In this document: one piece after another, positions 19,144 through 28,365 of the stretch | Layout of the letters: each line of letters opens with the position of its first letter | How positions within the stretch are numbered: position 1 is the first letter of the stretch | From: Zoogloea sp. | Lineage (GTDB): Bacteria; Pseudomonadota; Gammaproteobacteria; Burkholderiales; Rhodocyclaceae | Reading direction: 5' to 3' | DNA: 64,000 nt | Assembly: GCA_023150095.1 (NCBI GenBank) | Contig: JAKLLO010000017.1 | Coordinates: 463 to 64,462 of the forward strand | Program-made: the position numbers and the translations under genes | The notes under the pieces: generated by a model | Told to the model about the DNA's origin: nothing | The model's input: only the letters and a program-made list of their open reading frames with translations | Database searches by the model: none

Positions 19144-19815
19144 ATGCCCACAACCTCCAGCCCCGCTCCCCGCGCCACCACCCTGCGCATCACCGAGATC
19201 TTCCACTCGCTTCAGGGTGAAACCTCGCGCGCCGGCCTGCCGACGGTGTTCATCCGCCTCACCGGCTGCCCGCTGCGCTGCAGCTGGTGCGACACCGAAT
19301 ACTCCTTCACCGGCGGCACCACCCGCACCCTCGACGACATCCTCGCCGAAGTGGCCGGCTACCACTGCCCGACCATCTGCGTCACCGGCGGCGAGCCGCT
19401 GTCCCAGAAGAACTGCCTGCCGCTGCTCACCGCCCTGTGCGACGCCGGCTACTCGGTATCCCTCGAGACCAGCGGCGCCCTCGACATCGCCGGCGTCGAC
19501 CCGCGCGTCTCGCGCATCGTCGATCTCAAGGCGCCGGGCTCGGGCGAGGTCGCGCGCAACCTGCTCACCAACATCCCGCTACTCACCCTGCGCGACGAAG
19601 TGAAGCTGGTGCTCGCGAGCGAGGCCGACTACGAGTGGGCCAAGGCGCAGATCGCCGAATACCACCTCACCGAACGCTGCCCGGTGCTCCTCGCCCCGGT
19701 CCAGGGCCAGCTCAAGCCGGCCGATCTCGCCGCGTGGATCCTCCGCGACCGCCTGCCGGTGCGCATGCAGGTTCAGCTGCACAAGGTCATCTGGGGCAAC
19801 GAACCCGGTCGGTAA
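19144..19815 (+). CDS. queE: 7-carboxy-7-deazaguanine synthase (radical SAM)
   Basis: [27 protein letters not shown]. Confidence 0.94.
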   Translation: MPTTSSPAPRATTLRITEIFHSLQGETSRAGLPTVFIRLTGCPLRCSWCDTEYSFTGGTTRTLDDILAEVAGYHCPTICVTGGEPLSQKNCLPLLTALCDAGYSVSLETSGALDIAGVDPRVSRIVDLKAPGSGEVARNLLTNIPLLTLRDEVKLVLASEADYEWAKAQIAEYHLTERCPVLLAPVQGQLKPADLAAWILRDRLPVRMQVQLHKVIWGNEPGR

Positions 19816-19895
19816 GCGGTCAAACCTCGCCGGGCCAGGCCCCGGCACCAGATCTTCCCCTTGCCTGGATCCATTTTTTTGTATTGGATGAAAGC

Positions 19896-20573
19896 ATGAG
19901 CACGCCCCGCGCCCTCGTCCTGCTGTCTGGCGGCCTCGATTCCGCCACCTGCCTCGCCATCGCCCGCGCCGAAGGCTTCGAGACCTACGCCCTGTCCGTC
20001 GAATACGGCCAGCGCCACGCGGCCGAGCTCGCCGCCGCCCGCCGCGTGGCCACCGCCCTCGGCGCCGTCGCCCATCGCGTCGCCCACGTTGATCTCGGCC
20101 AGTTCGGCGGCTCGGCCCTCACCGACCCGGCCCTCGCCGTGCCCACCGGCGGCGTCGGCGCCGGCATCCCGATCACCTACGTGCCGGCCCGCAACACCAT
20201 CATGCTGTCCATCGCCATGGCCTGGGCCGAAGTGCTGGGCGCCGACCACATCTACGTGGGCGTCAATGCGGTGGATTACTCCGGCTACCCCGACTGCCGC
20301 CCGGCCTTCATCGAAGCCTTCGAGAAGATGGCCAACCTCGCCACCAAGGCCGGCGTCGAAGGCCATCACCTGGCCATCCACGCGCCGCTGATCGACCTCT
20401 CCAAGGCCGACATCATCCGCCGCGGCACCCAGCTTGGCGTCGATTACAGCCTCACCGTGTCGTGCTACCAGGCCGACGACGACGGCCGCGCCTGCGGCCT
20501 GTGCGACGCCTGCCGGCTGCGCAAGGCCGGCTTCGAAGCCGCCGGCCTGCCCGACCCGACGCCCTACGCCTGA
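19896..20573 (+). CDS. queC: 7-cyano-7-deazaguanine synthase
   Basis: SGGLDS PP-loop, YVPARN, YPDCR, SCY...CGLCDAC. Confidence 0.96.
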   Translation: MSTPRALVLLSGGLDSATCLAIARAEGFETYALSVEYGQRHAAELAAARRVATALGAVAHRVAHVDLGQFGGSALTDPALAVPTGGVGAGIPITYVPARNTIMLSIAMAWAEVLGADHIYVGVNAVDYSGYPDCRPAFIEAFEKMANLATKAGVEGHHLAIHAPLIDLSKADIIRRGTQLGVDYSLTVSCYQADDDGRACGLCDACRLRKAGFEAAGLPDPTPYA

Positions 20574-20580
20574 GCCTGCC

Positions 20581-21684
20581 ATGGACGCCGCCAGCCCACC
20601 GCTCGCCCTGCCCGCCATCGCCTGGGCCGCCTTCGCGATCGGCGCGGTGTTCGGGATTGCTGCCCAGCGCAGCAACTTCTGCACCATGGGCGCCATCGCC
20701 GACATCCTGCTGATGGGCGACTGGACGCGGCTGCGCATGTGGGCGCTGGCCGTCGCGGTCGCCATCGCCGGCACCGCCGGCCTGCAGATGGCCGGGCTGG
20801 TGGACGTGCACAACTCGATCTACACCGGCAGCCGCCTGCCGTGGCTATCGCACCTGGTTGGTGGCGCGCTCTTCGGCGTAGGCATGACCCTCGCGTCCGG
20901 CTGCGGCGCAAAGACACTCGTGCGGCTCGGCGGCGGCAACCTCAAGTCGCTGGTGGTGTTCGTCTTCCTGGGCATCTCGGCAGCGATGACCCTGCGCGGC
21001 CTCTTCGGCGGCTGGCGGGTCGAATGGCTCGATCCCATCGCCCTGCAGCTCGCCACGCCACAGGATCTGCCGACCTTGCTCGCCGCCCGTTTTAGGCTCG
21101 ACACCCGCAGTGCGTGGCTCGCCTGCGCCACCGTCGGCGCCGGCAGCCTGGCCCTGTTCGCGCTCTCGAGCCGCGACAACTGGCGGCCGGGCCCGCTGCT
21201 CGGCAGCATCGCCATCGGCGCCTGCATCGTCGCCGGCTGGTATCTCAGCGGCCAGCTGGCGTGGCTGGCCGAAGACCCGGAAACCCTCGCCCCCGCCTTC
21301 CTCGCCACCAACAGCGGGCGGATGGAATCCCTCAGCTTCGTCGCGCCCTACGCCTACAGCCTCGACCTGCTGATGCTCTGGACCGACAAGAGCCGCATCG
21401 TCACCATCGGCATCGCCACCACCCTCGGCGTCGTGGCCGGCGCGCTGCTGGGCGCCATCACCAGCCGCAGCTTCCGCATCGAAGGCTTCCGCGACACGCC
21501 GGATCTCGTCCGTCACGTCACCGGCGCCATCCTGATGGGCTTCGGCGGCGTCACCGCGCTGGGCTGCACCATCGGTCAGGGCATGAGCGGGCTATCCACC
21601 CTTTCGGTGGGCGCCATGCTCACCGTTGCCGCGATTTGTCTGGGCGCAGCGGTGTCGATAAAGATTCAGCTACGAAACAGTTGA
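20581..21684 (+). CDS. YeeE/YedE sulfur-compound transporter family protein
   Basis: Three conserved Cys motifs SNFCTMG, ASGCG, ALGCTIG; polytopic membrane protein. Confidence 0.88.
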   Translation: MDAASPPLALPAIAWAAFAIGAVFGIAAQRSNFCTMGAIADILLMGDWTRLRMWALAVAVAIAGTAGLQMAGLVDVHNSIYTGSRLPWLSHLVGGALFGVGMTLASGCGAKTLVRLGGGNLKSLVVFVFLGISAAMTLRGLFGGWRVEWLDPIALQLATPQDLPTLLAARFRLDTRSAWLACATVGAGSLALFALSSRDNWRPGPLLGSIAIGACIVAGWYLSGQLAWLAEDPETLAPAFLATNSGRMESLSFVAPYAYSLDLLMLWTDKSRIVTIGIATTLGVVAGALLGAITSRSFRIEGFRDTPDLVRHVTGAILMGFGGVTALGCTIGQGMSGLSTLSVGAMLTVAAICLGAAVSIKIQLRNS

Positions 21685-21714
21685 CGGATTCTTTGGAAGG
21701 GCTATAATGCGCGT
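21681..21714 (+). promoter_or_regulatory. Sigma-70 promoter of the tRNA-Lys pair
   Basis: TTGACG-N16-TATAAT followed by GC-rich discriminator GCGCGT. Confidence 0.8.
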
Positions 21715-21724
21715 CTCTTCCGGG

Positions 21725-21800
21725 GGGTCGGTAGCTCAGTCGGTAGAGCAGCGGACTTTTAATCCGTTGGTCGCGAGTTCGAATCTCGCCCGACCCACCA
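21725..21800 (+). tRNA. tRNA-Lys(TTT)
   Basis: 76 nt, GGGTCGG/CCGACCC acceptor stem, anticodon loop CT-TTT-AA, GTTCGAAT, CCA. Confidence 0.97.
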
Positions 21801-21839
21801 GTAGAAACGGTGGGCTATAATACCGGCTCCCGCAAGAAT

Positions 21840-21915
21840 GGGTTGTTAGCTCAGTTGGTAGAGCAGCGGACTCTTAATCCGTAGGTCGAGTGTTCGAGCC
21901 ACTCACAACCCACCA
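21840..21915 (+). tRNA. tRNA-Lys(CTT)
   Basis: 76 nt, GGGTTGT/ACAACCC acceptor stem, anticodon loop CT-CTT-AA, CCA. Confidence 0.97.
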
Positions 21916-21922
21916 GATACAT

Positions 21923-21952
21923 AAAAGGCCAATCCCCCGGGATTGGCCTTTT
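21923..21952. terminator. Bidirectional terminator between the tRNA-Lys genes and the SDR gene
   Basis: AAAAGGCCAATCCC-cc-GGGATTGGCCTTTT. Confidence 0.85.
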
Positions 21953-22043
21953 CGCATTTCCGGCGCCCCTTCCCAAGCCCCTTCCAGCAGGGCAACACTG
22001 CGCCGGATCATCGATCAGCCGTGCATCAACGCCCTGCGGACGC

Positions 22044-22784
22044 TCACTTCACCAAGGGGCGTATCTGCGCAAAACCTCCGTCCATCGCCCACACCTGCCC
22101 CGTCACCCGCGCGGCCCGGTCTGACAGCAGCCAGGCCATCAGTCGCGCCAACTCTTGTGCCGACCCAAGGCCGGGCAGCGGATATTGCCGTGCGACCGCA
22201 TCCCGCCCGGCGGCGCTCGCCAGGATGGCCGAGGTTGCCGGCGTATCCATGATGCCCGGCGCCACGCCATTCACCCGGATGCCCACTGCCGCATGACTGG
22301 CCGCGGCGCCGCGGACGAGCCCTTCGACCCCCGCCTTGGCCGCCGCCACCGCCTCGTGGTTGGGCGTGCCGATCTGCGCTGCCACCGACGACACCAGCAC
22401 GGCCGCCCCGGGGCTGCGCGCCTCCCGCAGGGCGCCGACGAAACCGCCCAGGGTATGAAAGGCGCTCACCAGATTGGCGCGCAGGCAGTCATCGAAATCC
22501 GCTTCCGACATCCGATGCACCGGGCCCAGCCGGATGTTGCCGACACAGTGGGCCAGCGCAGCCGGCCGCAGATCGGCAGCGGCAGCCTGTTCGAATACCT
22601 TCCGCACACCGGCCACGCTGCTGCAGTCCGCCTCGATCTGCAGGTGCGCGGCGCCATAGGCCTCGGCCAGCCGCCCGGCGTCGCGGCTCACGACGATCAG
22701 GCGCCAGCCTTCCGCCACCAGCTCGGCGGCCACCGCCCGCCCCAGCCCACCGGCGGCGCCGGTGATCAGTGCAATCTTGTTCAT
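22044..22784 (-). CDS. SDR family oxidoreductase
   Basis: Start MNKIALITGAAGGLG at 22784; atypical catalytic segment HEAVAAAK; VTGQVWAMDGG. Confidence 0.85.
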   Translation of the reverse strand: MNKIALITGAAGGLGRAVAAELVAEGWRLIVVSRDAGRLAEAYGAAHLQIEADCSSVAGVRKVFEQAAAADLRPAALAHCVGNIRLGPVHRMSEADFDDCLRANLVSAFHTLGGFVGALREARSPGAAVLVSSVAAQIGTPNHEAVAAAKAGVEGLVRGAAASHAAVGIRVNGVAPGIMDTPATSAILASAAGRDAVARQYPLPGLGSAQELARLMAWLLSDRAARVTGQVWAMDGGFAQIRPLVK

Positions 22785-22862
22785 GGTGATTTCCTCGGTT
22801 TGCGGCAGCCCTAAAAGCTGCTTTGAGCGCTTGATGGTGAGATGTATTATGGGGCGCCCATC

Positions 22863-22883
22863 TTTTTTGTCCAGGACAAAAAA
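22863..22883. promoter_or_regulatory. Perfect 21-bp palindrome, putative CarH/LitR-regulon operator
   Basis: TTTTTTGTCC-A-GGACAAAAAA between the divergent SDR gene and photolyase operon; downstream of TTGAGC-N16-TATTAT (22823-22850); 16 bp identical to the site at 59364-59379. Confidence 0.7.
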
Positions 22884-23875
22884 TGAAACAACACCCACGA
22901 ATCGCCATTGTCGGGGCTGGAATAGCTGGTTTGTCCTGCGCAACAACATTGAAGGCGGCAGGCATCTCACTCACCCTCGTGGACAAGAGCCGCGGCCCGG
23001 CAGGCCGGATGAGCACGCGCCGCGGCGACGACTGGCAATGTGACCACGGCGCCCAGTACTTCACCGCCCGCGATCCCGACTTCCGCGCCGAAGTCGCCCG
23101 CTGGCAGCAAGCCGGCGTGGCGGACGTCTGGCGGGCCCGCATCGCGGTGCTGGGTGAGGGCGGCCAGCGGGGCTCGGATTTTTCCCTCGAGCGCTTCGTC
23201 GGCGTACCGCGCATGACCGCCCCCGCCCGCTTTCTGGCCGACAACCTGCCCCTCACGCTGCAGACCACCGTCACCGAGCTCCGCCCCAGCCCGGACGGCT
23301 GGTGGCTCGTCTCGGCCGAGCACGGCCTGCACCCGACCCGCTTCGACGCGGTGCTGCTGGCGGTGCCGGCGCCCCAGGCCGTGCCCCTGCTGCGTGATCC
23401 CGCGCCGGGGCTGGCGAGCCTGGCCGCCCGCGCCAACATGCGCGGCAGCTGGGCGCTGATGCTGCGTTACGACACGCCCATCCACTTCCCCTTTGATGCG
23501 GCTTTCGTGAACAACGGCCCGCTGCGCTGGATTGCCCGCGACAGCAGCAAGCCGGGCCGCCCCCGCGGCGAGACCTGGCTGCTCCACGCCACCGCCGAAT
23601 GGAGCGAGGCCCACATCGAGGCCACACCCGAAGCCGTCGCCGACGCCCTGCTGCGCGCCTTTGCCGAGCTCGGCGCCCCGCCGCCCCAGGCCTGGACCGC
23701 CCACCGCTGGCGTTACGCCGACACCGAGCCGCCGCTCGACACCTGCCATGTGTGGGATGTGGATCGGCGCATCGGCCTGTGCGGCGACTGGCTGAACGGC
23801 GGCAAGGTGGAAGGCGCCTGGCTGGGCGGACGCAGCCTCGCCCAGGACGTGCTGCAGCACTTCGGCTACGCCTGA
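22883..23875 (+). CDS. Renalase-like NAD(P)/FAD-dependent oxidoreductase (COG3380)
   Basis: IVGAGIAG, DKSRGPAGRMSTRR, DHGAQYF, HRWRYA, GDW...VEGAW. Confidence 0.88.
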   Translation: MKQHPRIAIVGAGIAGLSCATTLKAAGISLTLVDKSRGPAGRMSTRRGDDWQCDHGAQYFTARDPDFRAEVARWQQAGVADVWRARIAVLGEGGQRGSDFSLERFVGVPRMTAPARFLADNLPLTLQTTVTELRPSPDGWWLVSAEHGLHPTRFDAVLLAVPAPQAVPLLRDPAPGLASLAARANMRGSWALMLRYDTPIHFPFDAAFVNNGPLRWIARDSSKPGRPRGETWLLHATAEWSEAHIEATPEAVADALLRAFAELGAPPPQAWTAHRWRYADTEPPLDTCHVWDVDRRIGLCGDWLNGGKVEGAWLGGRSLAQDVLQHFGYA

Positions 23876-23888
23876 ACGGCCCTTCCCG

Positions 23889-25412
23889 ATGGACTACAGC
23901 GTCGTCTGGTTCAAGCGCGACCTGCGGCTCCACGACCACGCAGCGCTCTCCGCCGCCGCGCTGCGGGGCCCGGTGCTGTGCCTGTACGTGGTCGAGCCCT
24001 CCCTGTGGGCCGAGCCCGACGCCGCCCGCCAGCACTACGCCTTCATCCTCGAAAGCCTGCGCGACCTGTACCGGGCGCTGCGCAAGCTGGGCGGCGGCAT
24101 CCACGTCGTCACCGGCGAGGTACCGGATGTGCTCGGCCGCCTCCATGCGGCGGCGCCGTTTGGTGCGCTGTATTCCCACGAGGAGACCGGCAACGGGCTG
24201 AGCTACCAGCGCGACATCGCGGTGGCCCGCTGGTGCCATGAACACGGCGTGCGCTGGCAGGAATTTCCCCAGTTCGGCGTGGTGCGGCGCCTCGCCGACC
24301 GGGACACCTGGCAGGCCCGCTGGGAAGCCTTCGTCGGCCAGCCCTGCCTGCCCGCGCCGCCCCAACTGCGCTTCGCGCCGCTCCCGTGGCCGGACACCCC
24401 GCCACCCACCGCGGCCGAGCTGAGCCTCGCCGACGACGACCCGCCCGGCCGCCAGCGAGGCGGGCGCACGGCCGGGCTGGCGGTGCTGGACGACTTCCTC
24501 GGCGAGCGCAGCCGGCAATACCGGGGCGGCATCTCGTCGCCGCTGTCGGCGCCCACCGCCTGCTCGCGGCTGTCGCCCTACCTGGCCTTCGGCTGCCTCA
24601 GCCTGCGCGAGATCGTCCATGCCACCCGGCACGCCGTCGCCAACCTGCCCGCCGGCGCCCAGCGCAACGGCCTCACCGCCTTCATCAGCCGGCTCTACTG
24701 GCACTGCCACTTCATCCAGAAGCTCGAGAGCGAGCCGGCGCTTGAATTCCGCAACCTTCACCGCGGCTACGACGGCCTGCGCGAGGCCGACTGGAACCCG
24801 GACCACTTCACCGCCCTCACCGCCGGGCGCACCGGCTGGCCGCTGGTGGACGCCTGCGTGGCGATGCTGCGCGAGACCGGCTGGATCAACTTCCGGATGC
24901 GCGCGATGCTCGTCTCGGCGGCGGCCTACCCGCTGTGGCTGCACTGGCGGCCGGTGGGCCTGTGGCTGGCGCGGCAGTTCCTCGACTACGAGCCGGGCAT
25001 CCACTGGAGCCAGATGCAGATGCAGTCCGGCACCACCGGCATCAACCTGCCGCGCATCTACAACCCCATCAAGCAGGCCCGCGACCACGACCCGAAAGGC
25101 CACTTCGTGCGGCGCTGGCTGCCCGCCCTGCGCAAGGTGCCGGACAGCTGGCTGTTCGAGCCCTGGCGGATGCCCGCTGCCGTGCAGGCGGCCCACGGCC
25201 TCAACCCCGGCGACATCCCCGAACCCTGCGTGGATCTGGACGCCGCCACCCGTAGCGCCAAGGCCCGCCTGTTTGCCCTGCGCGCCCAGCCCGAGGTACG
25301 CGCCGCCAAGGCCGCCATCGTGGCCCGCCACGGCTCGCGCAAGCGCGCGCCGGGCGGCAGCCCCCGCGCCCGGCAAGTCGCCGACAAGGCCCAACTGAAA
25401 CTGGATCTGTGA
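23889..25412 (+). CDS. Photolyase/cryptochrome family protein ([10 protein letters not shown] clade)
   Basis: [54 protein letters not shown]. Confidence 0.88.
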   Translation: MDYSVVWFKRDLRLHDHAALSAAALRGPVLCLYVVEPSLWAEPDAARQHYAFILESLRDLYRALRKLGGGIHVVTGEVPDVLGRLHAAAPFGALYSHEETGNGLSYQRDIAVARWCHEHGVRWQEFPQFGVVRRLADRDTWQARWEAFVGQPCLPAPPQLRFAPLPWPDTPPPTAAELSLADDDPPGRQRGGRTAGLAVLDDFLGERSRQYRGGISSPLSAPTACSRLSPYLAFGCLSLREIVHATRHAVANLPAGAQRNGLTAFISRLYWHCHFIQKLESEPALEFRNLHRGYDGLREADWNPDHFTALTAGRTGWPLVDACVAMLRETGWINFRMRAMLVSAAAYPLWLHWRPVGLWLARQFLDYEPGIHWSQMQMQSGTTGINLPRIYNPIKQARDHDPKGHFVRRWLPALRKVPDSWLFEPWRMPAAVQAAHGLNPGDIPEPCVDLDAATRSAKARLFALRAQPEVRAAKAAIVARHGSRKRAPGGSPRARQVADKAQLKLDL

Positions 25413-25564
25413 TGGCCCACGCCAAACCCACCCTGCCCACCAAGACCTGCCCCTGCTGCGGCCGCCCCTTTGCGTGGCGGAAGAAGTGGGCGCGGGTGTG
25501 GGACGAGGTGAAGTACTGCTCCGAACGCTGCCGCCGCCAGCGCACCCACAAGGCCACGCCATGA
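25412..25564 (+). CDS. DUF2256 family small Cys protein (not in ORF track)
   Basis: Manual translation [50 protein letters not shown]; overlaps both neighbours. Confidence 0.88.
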   Translation: MAHAKPTLPTKTCPCCGRPFAWRKKWARVWDEVKYCSERCRRQRTHKATP

Positions 25565-26838
25565 GCACCGTCATCCACTGGTTCCGCAACGATCTGCGCC
25601 TCGCCGACAACCCAGCCCTCGTCCATGCCGCCCGGGGAGCGAGCCGGCTCGTGCCGGTGTTCTGCCACCCGCCGGTAGAAGCCACCCGCTGGGGCTTCGA
25701 ACGCATCGGGCCGCATCGCCGGCACTTCCTCGCCACCGCCCTGGCCGATCTGGACACGCAGCTGCGCGCAGCAGGCAGCGCCCTCGTCGAACTGCACGGC
25801 GATCCCGTCGGGCACCTCGCCGATCTGGTCCGCCAGACCAGCGCCATCCGCATCGTCTGCGAGGTCATCTCGGCGCCCGAGGAAGAAGCCCAGATCGCCG
25901 CGCTGCGCGCAGCCGGCATCACCGTCGAGACCCACTGGCAATCCACGCTGCTCGCCCCCGCCACGCTGCCGTTCGACGCCGCCGCCGTGCCGGACGTCTT
26001 CACCGCCTTCCGGCAGAAGATCGAAAGCGCCGACATCCAGCCACCCGCGCCCATCCCCGCGCCGCGCCACCTGCCGCCGCTGCCGGAAAACCTGCCCGCC
26101 AGCCCGCGCCAGCCGGCAGACGCGCCATCGCTCGCCGATCCCCGTTCGGCCTTCCCCTACGCCCAGCCCGCCTTCCACGGCGGCGCCAGCGTCGGGCGCG
26201 CCCACGTCGCCCAATATCTGGCCCGCGGCCTGCCCCACAGCTACAAGACCACCCGCAACCGCCTCGCCGGCATCGACGACTCCAGCAAGTTCTCGCCGTG
26301 GCTCGCCCTCGGCGCCCTGTCGGCCCGGCAGATCCACGCCGGCCTCAAGGATTTCGAGGCCCGCCGCGGCGCCAGCAACGGCACGTACTGGCTGTGGTTC
26401 GAGCTGCTGTGGCGCGACCACTTCCGCCTGCTCCACCGCAAGCACGGCCGGCGCCTGTACCGCGCCAGCGGCCTGACCAGCAGCGCACCGCCGCCCCACG
26501 ATGCCGCCGCCTTCGCCCGCTGGCAGACCGGCCACACCGGCCACCCGCTAATCGACGCCGGCATGCGCGAGCTGGCCGCCACCGGCTATCTCTCCAACCG
26601 CATGCGCCAGATCGTCGCCAGCTACCTCACCCATGATCTGTCCTGCGACTGGCGGGCCGGCGCCGCGTGGTTCGAGGCCCAGCTGGTGGATTTCGACGTG
26701 TGCAGCAACCAGGGCAACTGGCTCTACATCGCCGGCCGGGGCACCGACCCGCGCGGCGGGCGCCGCTTTAACCCCGACAAGCAGGCCGCCGAGCACGACC
26801 CGGACGGCGCCTACCAGGCCCGCTGGAGCACGCCATGA
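25561..26838 (+). CDS. Cryptochrome DASH / ssDNA photolyase
   Basis: [53 protein letters not shown]. Confidence 0.9.
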   Translation: MSTVIHWFRNDLRLADNPALVHAARGASRLVPVFCHPPVEATRWGFERIGPHRRHFLATALADLDTQLRAAGSALVELHGDPVGHLADLVRQTSAIRIVCEVISAPEEEAQIAALRAAGITVETHWQSTLLAPATLPFDAAAVPDVFTAFRQKIESADIQPPAPIPAPRHLPPLPENLPASPRQPADAPSLADPRSAFPYAQPAFHGGASVGRAHVAQYLARGLPHSYKTTRNRLAGIDDSSKFSPWLALGALSARQIHAGLKDFEARRGASNGTYWLWFELLWRDHFRLLHRKHGRRLYRASGLTSSAPPPHDAAAFARWQTGHTGHPLIDAGMRELAATGYLSNRMRQIVASYLTHDLSCDWRAGAAWFEAQLVDFDVCSNQGNWLYIAGRGTDPRGGRRFNPDKQAAEHDPDGAYQARWSTP

Positions 26839-28361
26839 GCACCCTGCGCCTGATCCTCGGCGACCAGCTCAACCCGCTCCACAGCTGGTTTGCCGAGCCC
26901 CGCCCGGACGTGATCCACGTGCTGATGGAAATCCGCCAGGAGACCGACTACGTCCTCCACCACGCCCAGAAGATCCTCGCCATCTTCGCCGCGATGCGCG
27001 ACTTCGCCCGGCAGCTGGGCGTGGCCGGCCATCGGGTCGAATACCTCGCCATCGACGACCCAGCCAACACCCAGTCGCTCACCGCCAACCTGGACGCCCT
27101 GATCGCCCGCCACGGCATCACCCGCGTCGAATACCAGGCGCCGGACGAATGGCGACTCGACCGGCAGCTGGCGGCGTGGGTGCGGCAACTGGACATTCCC
27201 GCCGTGATGGTCGGCAGCGAACACTTCTACACCGCCAGGCTGGATGCCGCGCGCCTCTTCGAAGGCCGCAAGCAGTGGCTGATGGAGCACTTCTACCGCT
27301 CCATGCGCACCCGCCACGCCGTGCTGATGGCCGGCGGCAAGCCGCTGGGCGGGCGCTGGAACTTCGACCACGACAACCGCAAGCCGTGGCCCGGCCTGCC
27401 CCGCGAGCCGGCCGATCCGCGCGTGCGCCACGACCACTCGGCCCTGTGGCAGCGCATCAAGGCGACGGACGTGAAGCACTTCGGCAACCCGGCAGCGGAT
27501 CGCCTCGCCTGGCCGCTCAACCGCGCCGAGGCGCTGGCTCAGTTGGAGGATTTCGTCGCCGAGGCGCTGCCCCACTTCGGCGATTTTCAGGACGCCCTGA
27601 GCAGCTGTGCCTGGCGGCTGTTCCACTCGCTGCTGTCCTTCGCCCTCAACACCAAGATGATCAATCCGCGCGAAGTCGTCCAGCGGGTCGAGGCGGCCCA
27701 TGCCGAGGGCAAGGTGCCGCTGGCGGCGGCCGAGGGCTTCATCCGCCAGATCATCGGCTGGCGTGAATACGTGCGCGGCGTGTATTGGGCGCACATGCCG
27801 GGCTACGTGGACCACAACGTGTTCGGCCACAGCACACCGCTGCCGGCATGGTTCTGGACGGGCAAGACGAAGATGCGCTGCCTTGCCCACAGCATCGGCC
27901 AGTCGCTGGAGCACGCCTACGCCCACCACATCCAGCGCCTGATGGTGATCGGCAACTTCGCGCTCCTCGCCGGGTTAGCCCCGGCCGAGGTGCATCGCTG
28001 GTATCTGGGCATCTACATCGACGCCTTCGAGTGGGTCGAGCTGCCCAACACCTTGGGCATGAGCCAGTTTGCCGACGGCGGCCTCTTGGCCACCAAGCCC
28101 TACGTGTCGAGCGCCGCCTACATCGACCGCATGGGCGACTACTGCAAGGGCTGCGCTTACAAGGCCAAGGCCCGCACCGGCGACGACGCCTGCCCGTTCA
28201 ACGCGCTGTATTGGGATTTCTTCGACCGCAACCGCGAGCGGCTGGGTGCCAACCACCGGCTGGGCATGGTGTATCGGCAGCTGGAACGCTTCGACGACTC
28301 CGCCCTCGCGGCGATCCGCGCCCGCGCCGCTGCCCTGCGCGCCAATCTCGACGCGCTGTAA
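26835..28361 (+). CDS. FeS-BCP bacterial (6-4) photolyase / CryB-type cryptochrome
   Basis: LILGDQL, HHIQRLM, four Fe-S Cys (MRCL, YCKGC, ACPFN). Confidence 0.92.
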   Translation: MSTLRLILGDQLNPLHSWFAEPRPDVIHVLMEIRQETDYVLHHAQKILAIFAAMRDFARQLGVAGHRVEYLAIDDPANTQSLTANLDALIARHGITRVEYQAPDEWRLDRQLAAWVRQLDIPAVMVGSEHFYTARLDAARLFEGRKQWLMEHFYRSMRTRHAVLMAGGKPLGGRWNFDHDNRKPWPGLPREPADPRVRHDHSALWQRIKATDVKHFGNPAADRLAWPLNRAEALAQLEDFVAEALPHFGDFQDALSSCAWRLFHSLLSFALNTKMINPREVVQRVEAAHAEGKVPLAAAEGFIRQIIGWREYVRGVYWAHMPGYVDHNVFGHSTPLPAWFWTGKTKMRCLAHSIGQSLEHAYAHHIQRLMVIGNFALLAGLAPAEVHRWYLGIYIDAFEWVELPNTLGMSQFADGGLLATKPYVSSAAYIDRMGDYCKGCAYKAKARTGDDACPFNALYWDFFDRNRERLGANHRLGMVYRQLERFDDSALAAIRARAAALRANLDAL

Positions 28362-28365
28362 GCCG

